A program made the translations under genes and the position numbers. From the NCBI RefSeq assembly GCF_009914755.1, contig NC_060948.1: DNA of 64,000 bases. One strand, 5' to 3'. The notes under the pieces are model-generated. The model was not told the DNA's origin. It worked only from the letters and a program-made list of their open reading frames with translations, and ran no database searches. Below, in pieces: positions 13,383-27,528 of the stretch (position 1 is the first letter of the stretch; each line of letters opens with the position of its first letter). The DNA is from the human T2T-CHM13v2.0 reference genome, Homo sapiens.

Positions 13383-16300
13383 GGCCTGGAATAAAGTGGA
13401 ATGCTACGGTCTCGAATGGAATAAAAATGTATGGAATGGAATGCAATGAAACGGAATCGAATGTCATAGAATGTAATGGAATGCAACAAAATGGAATCCA
13501 AAATCATTGACTGGAAAGGCTGGGTGTCGAAAGGAATTGACTCCAATGGAATGGAATCGAATGGAATGGAAGTGAATAGAATCGAACTAAATCGAATGGA
13601 ATGGAATTGATAGGAACGGAATGGAAAGGAATGCAATGATTTGGCATGGAATGGAATCGAATGGCATCGAATGGAATGGAATGGAATGCAATGGAATGGA
13701 ATGTATTAGAATGTAATGAACTTTAATGGAATGTACTCGAATGGATTCGACTGGAATGGAATGTTGTGGAAGTGAATGGACTCCAATGGAATGGATTCAA
13801 AAGGAATGGAATCGTACGGAATGGAATCTAATGGAATGGAATTAAATGGAAATGAATCAAATTGAATAGCACGGAATTGAATTGAATGGAATGGAATGCA
13901 ATGGAATCTAATGAAACGGAAAGGAAAGGAATGGAATGGAATGGAATGGGCTGGAATGGAAAGGAATCGAAACGAATGGAATGGAATCGAACTGAAGAGA
14001 CTGGAATGGAATGCACTGGAATGGAAGGGAGTGTAATGGAAGGTTCTCGAAAAAAATGGAATCGAATGGAATGGAATTGAATGGAACGGAATAGAGTCGA
14101 ATGGAATTGAATGGAATGGAATGGACTAGAGTGAAATGGAATCGAACCACAAGGAATGGACAGGAATAGAATGGTCTCGAATTGAATGGAATCGTATGGA
14201 ATGGCATCAAACGGAATGGAATGGACAGCCACGGAATGGAATGCACTCGAATGCAATGGAGTCGAAACTAATGGACTGGAATAGAATGGACTCGACTGGT
14301 ACGGACTCCAATGGAATGGAATCGAATGGAAGGGAATCGAACGGAATGGACTCGAAGGGAAAAGACTGCAATGGAAAGGTCTCGAATGGAATGGAAATTA
14401 ATGGAATGGAATGGAATCGACTGAAATGGAGTCAAAAGGAATGGAATCGAATGGCAAGAAATCGAATGTAATGGAATCGCAAGGAATTGATGTGAACGGA
14501 ACGGAATGGAATGGAATCCAAAGGAATGGAACAGAATGGAATGGAATCGAATGGAAAGGACTCGAATGGAAATCACTCGAATAGAATGCAATTTAATAAA
14601 ATAGGATCAAATGTAATGGAATGGAATGGAAAGGAATCGAAACGAAAGGAATGGAGACAGATGGAATGGAATGGAACAGAGAGCAATGGTATAGAATGGA
14701 ATGGAATCATCTGGAATGGAATTGAATGGAATGGAATAATATGAAATGGAATGGAATGGAATGGAATGGAATGCCCTTGAATTAAATGGACTGGAATGGA
14801 ATGGACTCGAACAGAGTGGAATGGAAAGTGTTGAGATAGAATGGAATGGACTCCTTTGGAATGGTGTAGTATGCAATGCAATCGACTGGCAGGGAATCAA
14901 AAGGAATGTAATCGAATGGATTGGACTGGAATGCAATGGACTCGAATAGATTGGAAACGGAATGCAAAGGAATGGAATGGAATAGTATGGAATGGAATGG
15001 AAAGGAATGGAGTGGAATAGACTAGAGTGGAATGGAATGGACTGGAAAGCAATGGACTGGAATGGAACTTTCTTGAATGGACTGGAATCAAACGGAATGG
15101 AATGCAATGCAATCAAATGGCATGGAATAAAATAGAATGAAAGAGAATCAAATGGAATTGAATCGAATGGAATCGAATGGATTGGAAAGGAATAGAATGG
15201 AATGGAATGGAATGGACTCAAATGGAATGGACTAGAATGGAATGGATTCGAATGGAAGGCAAAGGAATGGAATCTATTGGAATGGACTGTAATGGAATGC
15301 AATGGAAGGGATTGGAATGGACTCGAGTGGAATGGACTGCAATAGAAAGGATTCGAATGGAATGAAAAAGAATTGAATGGAATAGAACAGAATGGAATCA
15401 AATCGAATGAAATGGAATGGAATAGAAAGGAATGGAATGAAATGGAATGGAAAGGATTCGAATGGAATGCAATCGAATGGAATGGAATCGAACGGAATGG
15501 AATAAAATGGAAGAAAACTGGCAAGAAATGGAATCGAAATGAATGGAGTGTTATGGAACGGACTCAAAAGGAATTGAATGTAATAGAATGGAGTGGAGTG
15601 GACTCGAATATAATGGACTGGAATGGAATGAAATCACATGGAATGGGAACGAATGGAATGGAATGGAAAGGAATGGAATCGAATGGAAAGGAATCGAATG
15701 GAAGGGAATGAAATTGAATCAACAGGAATGGAAGGGAATAGAATAGACGGTAATGGAATGGACTCGAATAGAATGGACACGAATGCTCAAATTGAATGGA
15801 CTCGAATGGAATGGAAATGAAAGGAATGTCATCGAATGGAATTGAATCGATTGGAATGAAATCGCATAGAATGGAGTGGAATCAAATGGAATTGAATCGA
15901 AAGGAAAGGAAGCGAATGGACTGAAATGAAATGGAATGGAATTGAATGGAAAGTAATGCAATGGAATAGAATGGAACGAAATTTCACGGAATGGAATCAA
16001 ACTGAATGGAATCAAATCAATGGAATCAAATCAAATGGAATGGAAAGGAATTGAATGGAGTAGATTGGATTGGATGGGATTGGAATGAAATGTACTGGAA
16101 AGGACTCGAATTTCATGAAACGGAATGGAATGAATTGGAACGGAATGGACTCGAATGGAATGGAATGTCATGGAATGGCATCAAATGGAATGGCATCAAA
16201 TGGAATGGAATCGAATGCAATGGAATGCTATGGAATGGAATGGAATGCATTGGAATGGAATGTCCTCTAATGGAATGGATTCGAGTGGAATGGAATCGAA

Positions 16301-16941
16301 TATAATGGAGTCGAATGAAATGGAATTGAAAGCAATGGGATCGAATACAATGGAATATACTGGAATGTAATGTAATGAACTCGAATGTAATTGACTGGAA
16401 TGGAATGTACATGAATGGAATGTAATCGAATGGAAAGTAATCCAATGGAATAGAATCTAATGCAATAAAATCGACTCAGATAGAGTAGAATGTAATGGAA
16501 TGGAGTGCAGAGCAATGGAATGGAATGGAATGGAATGGAATGGAATGGAATGGAATGGAATGGAATGGAATGTGATGGGATGGAATGGTATGGAATGGAT
16601 AGTAATGGACTGGAGTGAAATGGACTGGAAAGGAATGGACTCAAATTGAAAGGGCTGGAAAGGAATGGAGTCAAATGGAATGGTCTGGAATGGAATGAAC
16701 ACGAATGTAATGCAATCCAATAGAATGGAATCGAATGGCATGGAATAAAAAGAAATGGAATCGAAGAGAATGGAAACAAATGGAATGGAATTGAATGGAA
16801 TGGAATTGAATGGAATGGGAACGAATGGAGTGAAATTGTATGCAGTAGAAGGGAATAGAATGGAATGCAAGCGAAAGGAAAGGAATGGATTGGAATGGAA
16901 TGGAATTCATTGGAATGGAAGGGAATGTAGTGTAATGGACA
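13383..16941 (+). repeat. DYZ1 unit 4, 3559 bp
   Basis: GGCC at 13383 and 16942. Contains a pure (GGAAT)11 run at 16517-16571. Confidence 0.9.
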
Positions 16942-19900
16942 GGCCTGGAATAAAGTGGAATGCTACGGTCTCGAATGGAATAAAAATGTATGGAATGGAA
17001 TGCAATGAAACGGAATCGAATGTCATAGAATGTAATGGAATGCAAAAAAATGGAATCCAAAATCATTGACTGGAAAGGCTGGGTGTCGAAAGGAATTGAC
17101 TCCAATGGAATGGAATCGAATGGAATGGAAGTGAATAGAATCGAACTAAATCGAATGGAATGGAATTGATAGGAACGGAATGGAAAGGAATGCAATGATT
17201 TGGCATGGAATGGAATCGAATGGCATCGAATGGAATGGAATGGAATGCAATGGAATGGAATGTATTAGAATGTAATGAACTTTAATGGAATGTACTCGAA
17301 TGGATTCGACTGGAATGGAATGTTCTGGAAGTGAATGGACTCCAATGGAATGGATTCAAAAGGAATGGAATCGTACGGAATGGAATCTAATGGAATGGAA
17401 TTAAATGGAAATGAATCAAATTGAATAGCACGGAATTGAATTGAATGGAATGGAATGCAATGGAATCTAATGAAACGGAAAGGAAAGGAATGGAATGGAA
17501 TGGAATGGGCTGGAATGGAAAGGAATCGAAACGAATGGAATGGAATCGAACTGAAGAGACTGGAATGGAATGCACTGGAATGGAAGGGAGTGTAATGGAA
17601 GGTTCTCGAAAAAAATGGAATCGAATGGAATGGAATTGAATGGAACGGAATAGAGTCGAATGGAATTGAATGGAATGGAATGGACTAGAGTGAAATGGAA
17701 TCGAACCACAAGGAATGGACAGGAATAGAATGGTCTCGAATTGAATGGAATCGTATGGAATGGCATCAAACGGAATGGAATGGACAGCCACGGAATGGAA
17801 TGCACTCGAATGCAATGGAGTCGAAACTAATGGACTGGAGTAGAATGGACTCGACTGGTACGGACTCCAATGGAATGGAATCGAATGGAAGGGAATCGAA
17901 CGGAATGGACTCGAAGGGAAAAGACTGCAATGGAAAGGTCTCGAATGGAATGGAAATTAATGGAATGGAGTGGAATCGACTGAAATGGAGTCAAAAGGAA
18001 TGGAATCGAATGGCAAGAAACCGAATGTAATGGAATCGCAAGGAATTGATGTGAACGGAACGGAATGGAATGGAATCCAAAGGAATGGAATAGAATGGAA
18101 TGGAATCGAATGGAAAGGACTCGAATGGAAATCACTCGAATAGAATGCAATTTAATAAAATAGGATCAAATGTAATGGAATGGAATGGAAAGGAATCGAA
18201 ACGAAAGGAATGGAGACAGATGGAATGGAATGGAACAGAGAGCAATGGTATAGAATGGAATGGAATCATCTGGAATGGAATTGAATGGAATGGAATAATA
18301 TGAAATGGAATGGAATGGAATGGAATGGAATGCCCTTGAATTAAATGGACTAGAATGGAATGGACTCGAACAGAGTGGAATGGAAAGTGTTGAGATAGAA
18401 TGGAATGGACTCCTTTGGAATGGTGTAGTATGCAATGCAATCGACTGGCAGGGAATCAAAAGGAATGTAATGGAATGGATTGGACTGGAATGCAATGGAC
18501 TCGAATAGATTGGAAACGGAATGCAAAGGAATGGAATGGAATAGTATGGAATGGAATGGAAAGGAATGGAGTGGAATAGACTAGAGTGGAATGGAATGGA
18601 CTGGAAAGCAATGGACTGGAATGGAACTTTCTTGAATGGACTGGAATCAAACGGAATGGAATGCAATGCAATCAAATGGCATGGAATAAAATAGAATGAA
18701 AGAGAATCAAATGGAATTGAATCGAATGGAATCGAATGGATTGGAAAGGAATAGAATGGAATGGAATGGAATTGACTCAAATGGAATGGACTAGAATGGA
18801 ATGGATTCGAATGGAAGGCAAAGGAATGGAATCTATTGGAATGGACTGTAATGGAATGGAATGGAAGGGATTGGAATGGACTCGAATGGAATGGACTGCA
18901 ATAGAAAGGATTCGAATGGAATGAAAAAGAATTGAATGGAATAGAACAGAATGGAATCAAATCGAATGAAATGGAATGGAATAGAAAGGAATGGAATGAA
19001 ATGGAATGGAAAGGATTCGAATGGAATGCAATCGAATGGAATGGAATCGAACGGAATGGAATAAAATGGAAGAAAACTGGCAAGAAATGGAATCGAAATG
19101 AATGGAGTGTTATGGAACGGACTCAAAAGGAATTGAATGTAATAGAATGGAGTGGAGTGGACTCGAATATAATGGACTGGAATGGAATGAAATCACATGG
19201 AATGGGAACGAATGGAATGGAATGGAAAGGAATGGAATCGAATGGAAAGGAATCGAATGGAAGGGAATGCAATTGAATCAACAGGAATGGAAGGGAATAG
19301 AATAGACGGTAATGGAATGGACTCGAATAGAATGGACACGAATGCTCAAATTGAATGGACTCGAATGGAATGGAAACGAAAGGAATGTCATCGAATGGAA
19401 TTGAATCGATTGGAATGAAATCGCATAGAATGGAGTGGAATCAAATGGAATTGAATCGAAAGGAAAGGAAGCGAATGGACTGAAATGAAATGGAATGGAA
19501 TTGAATGGAAAGTAATGCAATGGAATAGAATGGAACGAAATTTCACGGAATGGAATCAAACTGAATGGAATCAAATCAATGGAATCAAATCAAATGGAAT
19601 GGAAAGGAATTGAATGGAGTAGATTGGATTGGATGGGATTGGAATGAAATGTACTGGAAAGGACTCGAATTTCATGAAACGGAATGGAATGAATTAGAAC
19701 GGAATGGACTCGAATGGAATGGAATGTCATGGAATGGCATCAAATGGAATGGCATCAACTGGAATGGAATAGAATGCAATGGAATGCTAAGGAATGGAAT
19801 GGAATGCATTGGAATGGAATGTCCTCTAATGGAATGGATTCGAGTGGAATGGAATCGAATATAATGGAGTCGAATGAAATGGAATTGAAAGGAATGGGAT

Positions 19901-20495
19901 CGAATACAATGGAATATACTGGAATGTAATGTAATGAACTCGAATGTAATTGACTGGAATGGAATGTACATGAATGGAATGTAATCGAATGGAAAGTAAT
20001 CCAATGGAATAGAATCTAATGCAATAAAATCGACTCAGATAGAGTAGAATGTAATGGAATGGAGTGCAGTGCAATGCAATGGAATGGAATGGAATGCAAT
20101 GGAATGGAATGGAATGGAATGGAATGGAATGGGATGGAATGGTATGGAATGGATAGTAGTGGACTGGAGTGAAATGGACTGGAAAGGAATGGACTCAAAT
20201 TGAAAGGGCTCGAAAGGAATGGAGTCAAATGCAATGGTCTGGAATGGAATGAACACGAATGTAATGCAATCCAATAGAATGGAATCGAATGGCATGGAAT
20301 ATAAAGAAATGGAATCGAAGAGAATGGAAACAAATGGAATGGAATTGAATGGAATGGAATTGAATGGAATGGGAACGAATGGAGTGAAATTGTATGCAGT
20401 AGAAGGGAATAGAATGGAATGCAAGCGAAAGGAAAGGAATGGATTGGAATGGAATGGAATTCATTGGAATGGAAGGGAATGTAGTGTAATGGACA
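16942..20495 (+). repeat. DYZ1 unit 5, 3554 bp
   Basis: GGCC at 16942 and 20496. Tract -10. Confidence 0.9.
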
Positions 20496-23400
20496 GGCCT
20501 GGAATAAAGTGGAATGCTACGGTCTCGAATGGAATAAAAATGTATGGAATGGAATGCAATGAAACGGAATCGAATGTCATAGAATGTAATGGAATGCAAA
20601 AAAATGGAATCCAAAATCATTGACTGGAAAGGCTGGGTGTCGAAAGGAATTGACTCCAATGGAATGGAATCGAATGGAGTGGAAGTGAATAGAATCGAAC
20701 TAAATCGAATGGAATGGAATTGATAGGAACGGAATGGAAAGGAATGCAATGATTTGGCATGGAATGGAATCGAATGGCATCGAATGGAATGGAATGGAAT
20801 GCAATGGAATGGAACGTATTAGAATGTAATGAACTTTAATGGAATGTACTCGAATGGATTCGACTGGAATGGAATGTTCTGGAAGTGAATGGACTTCAAT
20901 GGAATGGATTCAAAAGGAATGGAATCGTACGGAATGGAATCTAATGGAATGGAATTAAATGGAAATGAATCAAATTGAATAGCATGGAATTGAATTGAAT
21001 GGAATCGAATGCAATGGAATCTAATGAAACGGAAAGGAAAGGAATGGAATGGAATGGAATGGGCTGGAATGGAAAGGAATCGAAACGAATGGAATGGAAT
21101 CGAACTGAAGAGACTGGAATGGAATGCACTGGAATGGAAGGGAGTGTAATGGAAGGTTCTCGAAAAAAATGGAATCGAATGGAATGGAATTGAATGGAAC
21201 GGAATAGAGTCGAATGGAATTGAATGGAATGGAATGGACTAGAGTGAAATGGAATCGAACCACAAGGAATGGACAGGAATAGAATGGTCTCGAATTGAAT
21301 GGAATCGTATGGAATGGCATCAAACGGAATGGAATGGACAGCCACGGAATGGAATGCACTCGAATGCAATGGAGTCGAAACTAATGGACTGGAATAGAAT
21401 GGACTCGACTGGTACGGACTCCAATGGAATGGAATCGAATGGAAGGGAATCGAACGGAATGGACTCGAAGGGAAAAGACTGCAATGGAAAGGTCTCGAAT
21501 GGAATGGAAATAAATGGAATGGAATGGAATCGAATGAAATGGAGTCAAAAGGAATGGAATCGAATGGCAAGAAATCGAATGTAATGGAATCGCAAGGAAT
21601 TGATGTGAACGGAACGGAATGGAATGGAATCCAAAGGAATGGAATAGAATGGAATGGAATCGAATGGAAAGGACTCGAATGGAAATCACTCGAATAGAAT
21701 GCAATTTAATAAAATAGGACCAAATGTAATGGAATGGAATGGAAAGGAATCGAAACGGAAGGAATGGAGACAGATGGAATGGAATGGAACAGAGAGCAAT
21801 GGTATAGAATGGAATGGAATCATCTGGAATGGAATGGAATGGAATGGAATGAAATGCCCTTGAATTAAATGGACTGGAATGGAATGGACTCGAACAGAGT
21901 GGAATGGAAAGTGTTGAGATAGAATGGAATGGACTCTTTTGGAATGGTCTAGTATGCAATGCAATCGACTGGCAGGGAATCAAAAGGAATGTAATCGAAT
22001 GGATTGGACTGGAATGCAATGGACTCGAATAGATTGCAAACGGAATGCAAAGGAATGGAATGGAATAGTATGGAATGGAATGGAAAGGAATGGAGTGGAA
22101 TAGACTAGAGTGGAATGGAATGGACTGGAAAGAAATGGACTGGAATGGAACTTTCTTGAATGGACTGGAATCAAACGGAATGGAATGCAATGCAATCAAA
22201 TGGAATGGAATAAAATAGAATGAAAGAGAATCAAATGGAATTGAATCGAATGGAATCGAATGGATTGGAAAGGAATAGAATGGAATGGAATGGAATTGAC
22301 TCAAATGGAATGGACTAGAATGGAATGGATTCGAATGGAAGGCAAAGGAATGGAATCTATTGGAATGGACTGTAATGGAATGGAATGGAAGGGATTGGAA
22401 TGGACTCGAATGGAATGGACTGCAATAGAAAGGATTCGAATGGAATGAAAAAGAATTGAATGGAATAGAACAGAATGGAATCAAATCGAATGAAATGGAA
22501 TGGAATAGAAAGGAATGGAATGAAATGGAATGGAAAGGATTCGAATGGAATGCAATCGAATGGAATGGAATCGAACGGAATGGAATAAAATGGAAGAAAA
22601 CTGGCAAGAAATGGAATCGAAATGAATGGAGTGTTATGGAACGGACTCAAAAGGAATTGAATGTAATAGAATGGAGTGGAGTGGACTCGAATATAATGGA
22701 CTGGAATGGAATGAAATCACATGGAATGGGAACGAATGGAATGGAATGGAAAGGAATGGAATCGAATGGAAAGGAATCGAATGGAAGGGAATGCAATTGA
22801 ATCAACAGGAATGGAAGGGAATAGAATAGACGGTAATGGAATGGACTCGAATAGAATGGACACGAATGCTCAAATTGAATGGACTCGAATGGAATGGAAA
22901 CGAAAGGAATGTCATCGAATGGAATTGAATCGATTGGAATGAAATCGCATAGAATGGAGTGGAATCAAATGGAATTGAATCGAAAGGAAAGGAAGCGAAT
23001 GGACTGAAATGAAATGGAATGGAATTGAATGGAAAGTAATGCAATGGAATAGAATGGAACGAAATTTCACGGAATGGAATCAAACTGAATGGAATCAAAT
23101 CAATGGAATCCAATCAAATGGAATGCAGTAGATTGGATTGGATGGGATTGGAATGAAATGTACTGGAAAGGACTCGAATTTCATGAAACGAAATGGAATG
23201 AATTGGAACGGAACGGACTCGAATGGAATGGAATGTCATAGAATGGCATCAAATGGAATGGCATCAAATGGAATGGAATCGAATGCAATGGAATGCTATG
23301 GAATGGAATGGAATGCATTGGAATGGAATGTCCTCAAAAGGAATGGATTCGAGTGGAATGGAATCGAATAGAATGGAGTCGAATGAAATGGAATTGAAAA

Positions 23401-23999
23401 GAATGGGATCGAATACAATGGAATATACTGGAATGTAATGTAATGAACTCGAATGTAATTGACTGGAATGGAATGTACATGAATGGAAAGTATTCGAATG
23501 GAAAGTAATCCAATGGAATAGAATCTAATGCAATAAAATCGACTCAGATAGAGTAGAATGTAATGGAATGGAGTGCAGTGCAATGGAATGGAATGGAATG
23601 GAATGCAATGGAATGGAATGGAATGGAAAGGAATGGAATGGAATGGTGTGGAATGGATAGTAATGGACTGGAGTGAAATGGACTGGAAAGGAATGGACTC
23701 AAATTGAAAGGGCTCGAAAGGAATGGAGTCAAATGGAATGGTCTGGAATGGAATGAACACGAATGTAATGCAATCCAATAGAATGGAATCGAATGGCATG
23801 GAATATAAAGAAATGGAATCGAAGAGAATGGAAACAAATGGAATGGAATTGAGTGGAATGGAATTGAATGGAATGGGAACGAATGGAGTGAAATTGTATG
23901 CAGTAGAAGAGAATAGAATGGAATGCAAGCGAAAGGAAAGGAATGGATTGGAATGGAATGGAATTCATTGGAATGGAAGGGAATGTAGTGTAATGGACA
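20496..23999 (+). repeat. DYZ1 unit 6, 3504 bp
   Basis: GGCC at 20496 and 24000. 30-bp deletion ~21826-21855, 15-bp deletion ~23120, tract -15. Confidence 0.9.
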
Positions 24000-26900
24000 G
24001 GCCTGGAATAAAGTGGAATGCTACGGTCTCGAATGGAATAAAAATGTATGGAATGGAATGCAATGAAACGGAATCGAATGTCATAGAATGTAATGGAATG
24101 CAAAAAAATGGAATCCAAAATCATTGACTGGAAAGGCTGGGTGTCGAAAGGAATTGACTCCAATGGAATGGAATCGAATGGAATGGAAGTGAATAGAATC
24201 GAACTAAATCGAATGGAATGGAATTGATAGGAACGGAATGGAAAGGAATGCAATGATTTGGCATGGAATGGAATCGAATGGCATCGAATGGAATGGAATG
24301 GAATGCAATGGAATGGAATGTATTAGAATGTAATGAACTTTAATGGAATGTACTCGAATGGATTCGACTGGAATGGAATGTTCTGGAAGTGAATGGACTC
24401 CAATGGAATGGATTCCAAAGGAATGGAATCGTACGGAATGGAATCTAATGGAATGGAATTAAATGGAAATGAATCAAATTGAATAGCACGGAATTGAATT
24501 TAATGGAATGGAATGCAATGGAATCTAATGAAACGGAAAGGAAAGGAATGGAATGGAATGGAATGGGCTGGAATGGAAAGGAATCGAAACGAATGGAATG
24601 GAATCGAACTGAAGAGACTGGAATGGAATGCACTGGGATGGAAGGGAGTGTAATGGAAGGTTCTCGGAAAAAATGGAATGGAATGGAATGGAATAGAATG
24701 GAACGGAATAGAGTCGAATGGAATTGAATGGAATGGAATGGACTAGAGTGAAATGGAATCGAACCACAAGGAATGGACAGGAATAGAATGGTCTCGAATT
24801 GAATGGAATCGTATGGAATGGCATCAAACGGAATGGAATGGACAGCCACGGAATGGAATGCACTCGAATGCAATGGAGTCGAAACTAATGGACTGGAATA
24901 TAATGGACTCGACTGGTACGGACTCCAATGGAATGGAATCGAATGGAAGGGAATCGAACGGAATGGAATCGGAGGGAAAAGACTGCAATGGAAAGGTCTC
25001 AAATGGAATGGAAATTAATGGAATGGAATGGAATCGAATGAAATGGAGTCAAAAGCAATGGAATCGAATGGCAAGAAATCGAATGTAATGGAATCGCAAG
25101 GAATTGATGTGAACGGAACGGAATGGAATGGAATCCAAAGGAATGGAATAGAATGGAATGGAATCGAATGGAAAGGACTCGAATGGAAATCACTCGAATA
25201 GAATGCAATTTAATAAAATAGGATCAAATGTAATGGAATGGAATGGAAAGGAATCGAAACGAAAGGAATGGAGACAGATGGAATGGAATAGAACAGAGAG
25301 CAATGGTATAGAATGGAATGGAATCATCTGGAATGGAATTGAATGGAATGGAATAATATGAAATGGAATGGAATGGAATGGAATGGAATGCCCTTGAATT
25401 AAATGGACTGGAATGGAATGGACTCGAACAGAGTGGAATGGAAAGTGTTGAGATAGAATGGAATGGACTCCTTTGGAATGGTGTAGTATGCAATGCAATC
25501 GACTGGCAGGGTATCAAAAGGAATTTAATCGAATGGATTGGACTGGAATGCAATGGACTCGAATAGATTGGAAACGGAATGCAAAGGAATGGAATGGAAT
25601 AGTATGGAATGGAATGGAAAGGAATGGAGTGGAATAGACTAGAGTGGAATGGAATGGACTGGAAAGCAATGGACTGGAATGGAACTCTCTTGAATGGACT
25701 GGAATCAAACGGAATGGAATGCAATGCAATCAAATGGCATGGAATAAAATAGAATGAAAGAGAATCAAATGGAATTGAATCGAATGGAATCGAATGGATT
25801 GGAAAGGAATAGAATGGAATGGAATGGAATGGACTAGAATGGAATGGATTCGAATGGAAGGCAAAGGAATGGAATCTATTGGAATGGACTGTAATGGAAT
25901 GGAATGGAAGGGATTGGAATGGACTCGAATGGAATGGACTGCAATAGAAAGGATTCGAATGGAATGAAAAAGAGTTGAATGGAATAGAACAGAATGGAAT
26001 CAAATCGAATGAAATGGAATGGAATAGAAAGGAATGGAATGAAATGGAATGGAAAGGATTCGAATGGAATGCAATCGAATGGAATGGAATCGAACGGAAT
26101 GGAATAAAATGGAAGAAAACTGGCAAGAAATGGAATCGAAATGAATGGAGTGTTATGGAACGGACTCAAAAGGAATTGAATGTAATAGAATGGAGTGGAG
26201 TGGACTCGAATATAATGGACTGGAATGGAATGAAATCACATGGAATGGGAACGAATGGAATGGAATGGAAAGGAATGGAATCGAATGGAAAGGAATCGAA
26301 TGGAAGGGAATGAAATTGAATCAACAGGAATGGAAGGGAATAGAATAGACGGTAATGGAATGGACTCGAATAGAATGGACACGAATGCTCAAATTGAATG
26401 GACTCGAATGGAATGGAAACGAAAGGAATGTCATCGAATGGAATTGAATCGATTGGAATGAAATCGCATAGAATGGAGTGGAATCAAATGGAATTGAATC
26501 GAAAGGAAAGGAAGCGAATGGACTGAAATGAAATGGAATGGAATTGAATGGAAAGTAATGCAATGGAATAGAATGGAACGAAATTTCACGGAATGGAATC
26601 AAACTGAATGGAATCAAATCAATGGAATCCAATCAAATGGAATGGAGTAGATTGGATTGGATGGGATTGGAATGAAATATACTGGAAAGGACTCGAATCT
26701 CATGAAACGGAATGGAATGAATTGGAACGGAATGGACTCGAATGGAATGGAATGTCATAGAATGGCATCAAATGGAATGGCATCAAATGGAATGGAATCG
26801 AATGCAATGGAATGCTATGGAATGGAATGGAATGCATTGGAATGGAATGTCCTCTAATGGAATGGATTCGAGTGGAATGGAATCGAATATAATGGAGTCG

Positions 26901-27528
26901 AATGAAATGGAATTGAAAGGAATGGGATCGAATACAATGGAATATACTGGAATGTAATGTAATGAACTCGAATGTAATTGACTGGAATGGAATGTACATG
27001 AATGGAATGTAATCGAATGGAAAGTAATCCAATGGAATAGAATCTAATGCAATAAAATCGACTCAGATAGAGTAGAATGTAATGGAATGGAGTGCAGTGC
27101 AATGGAATGGAATGGAATGGAATGCAATGGAATGGAATGGAATGGAATGGAATGGAATGGAATGGGATGGAATGGTATGGAATGGATAGTAATGGACTGG
27201 AGTGAAATGGACTGGAAAGGAATGGACTCAAATTGAAAGGGCTGGAAAGGAATGGAGTCAAATGGAATGGTCTGGAATGGAATGAACACGAAAGTAATGC
27301 AATCCAATAGAATGGAATCGAATAGCATGGAATATAATGAAATGGAATCGAAGAGAATGGAAACAAATGGAATGGAATTGAATGGAATGGAATTGAATGG
27401 AATGGGAACGAATGGAGTGAAATTGTATGCAGTAGAAGGGAATAGAATGGAATGCAAGCGAAAGGAAAGGAATGGATTGGAATGGAATGGAATTCATTGG
27501 AATGGAAGGGAATGTAGTGTAATGGACA
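24000..27528 (+). repeat. DYZ1 unit 7, 3529 bp
   Basis: GGCC at 24000 and 27529. Two 15-bp deletions (~25825, ~26642); tract -5. Confidence 0.9.
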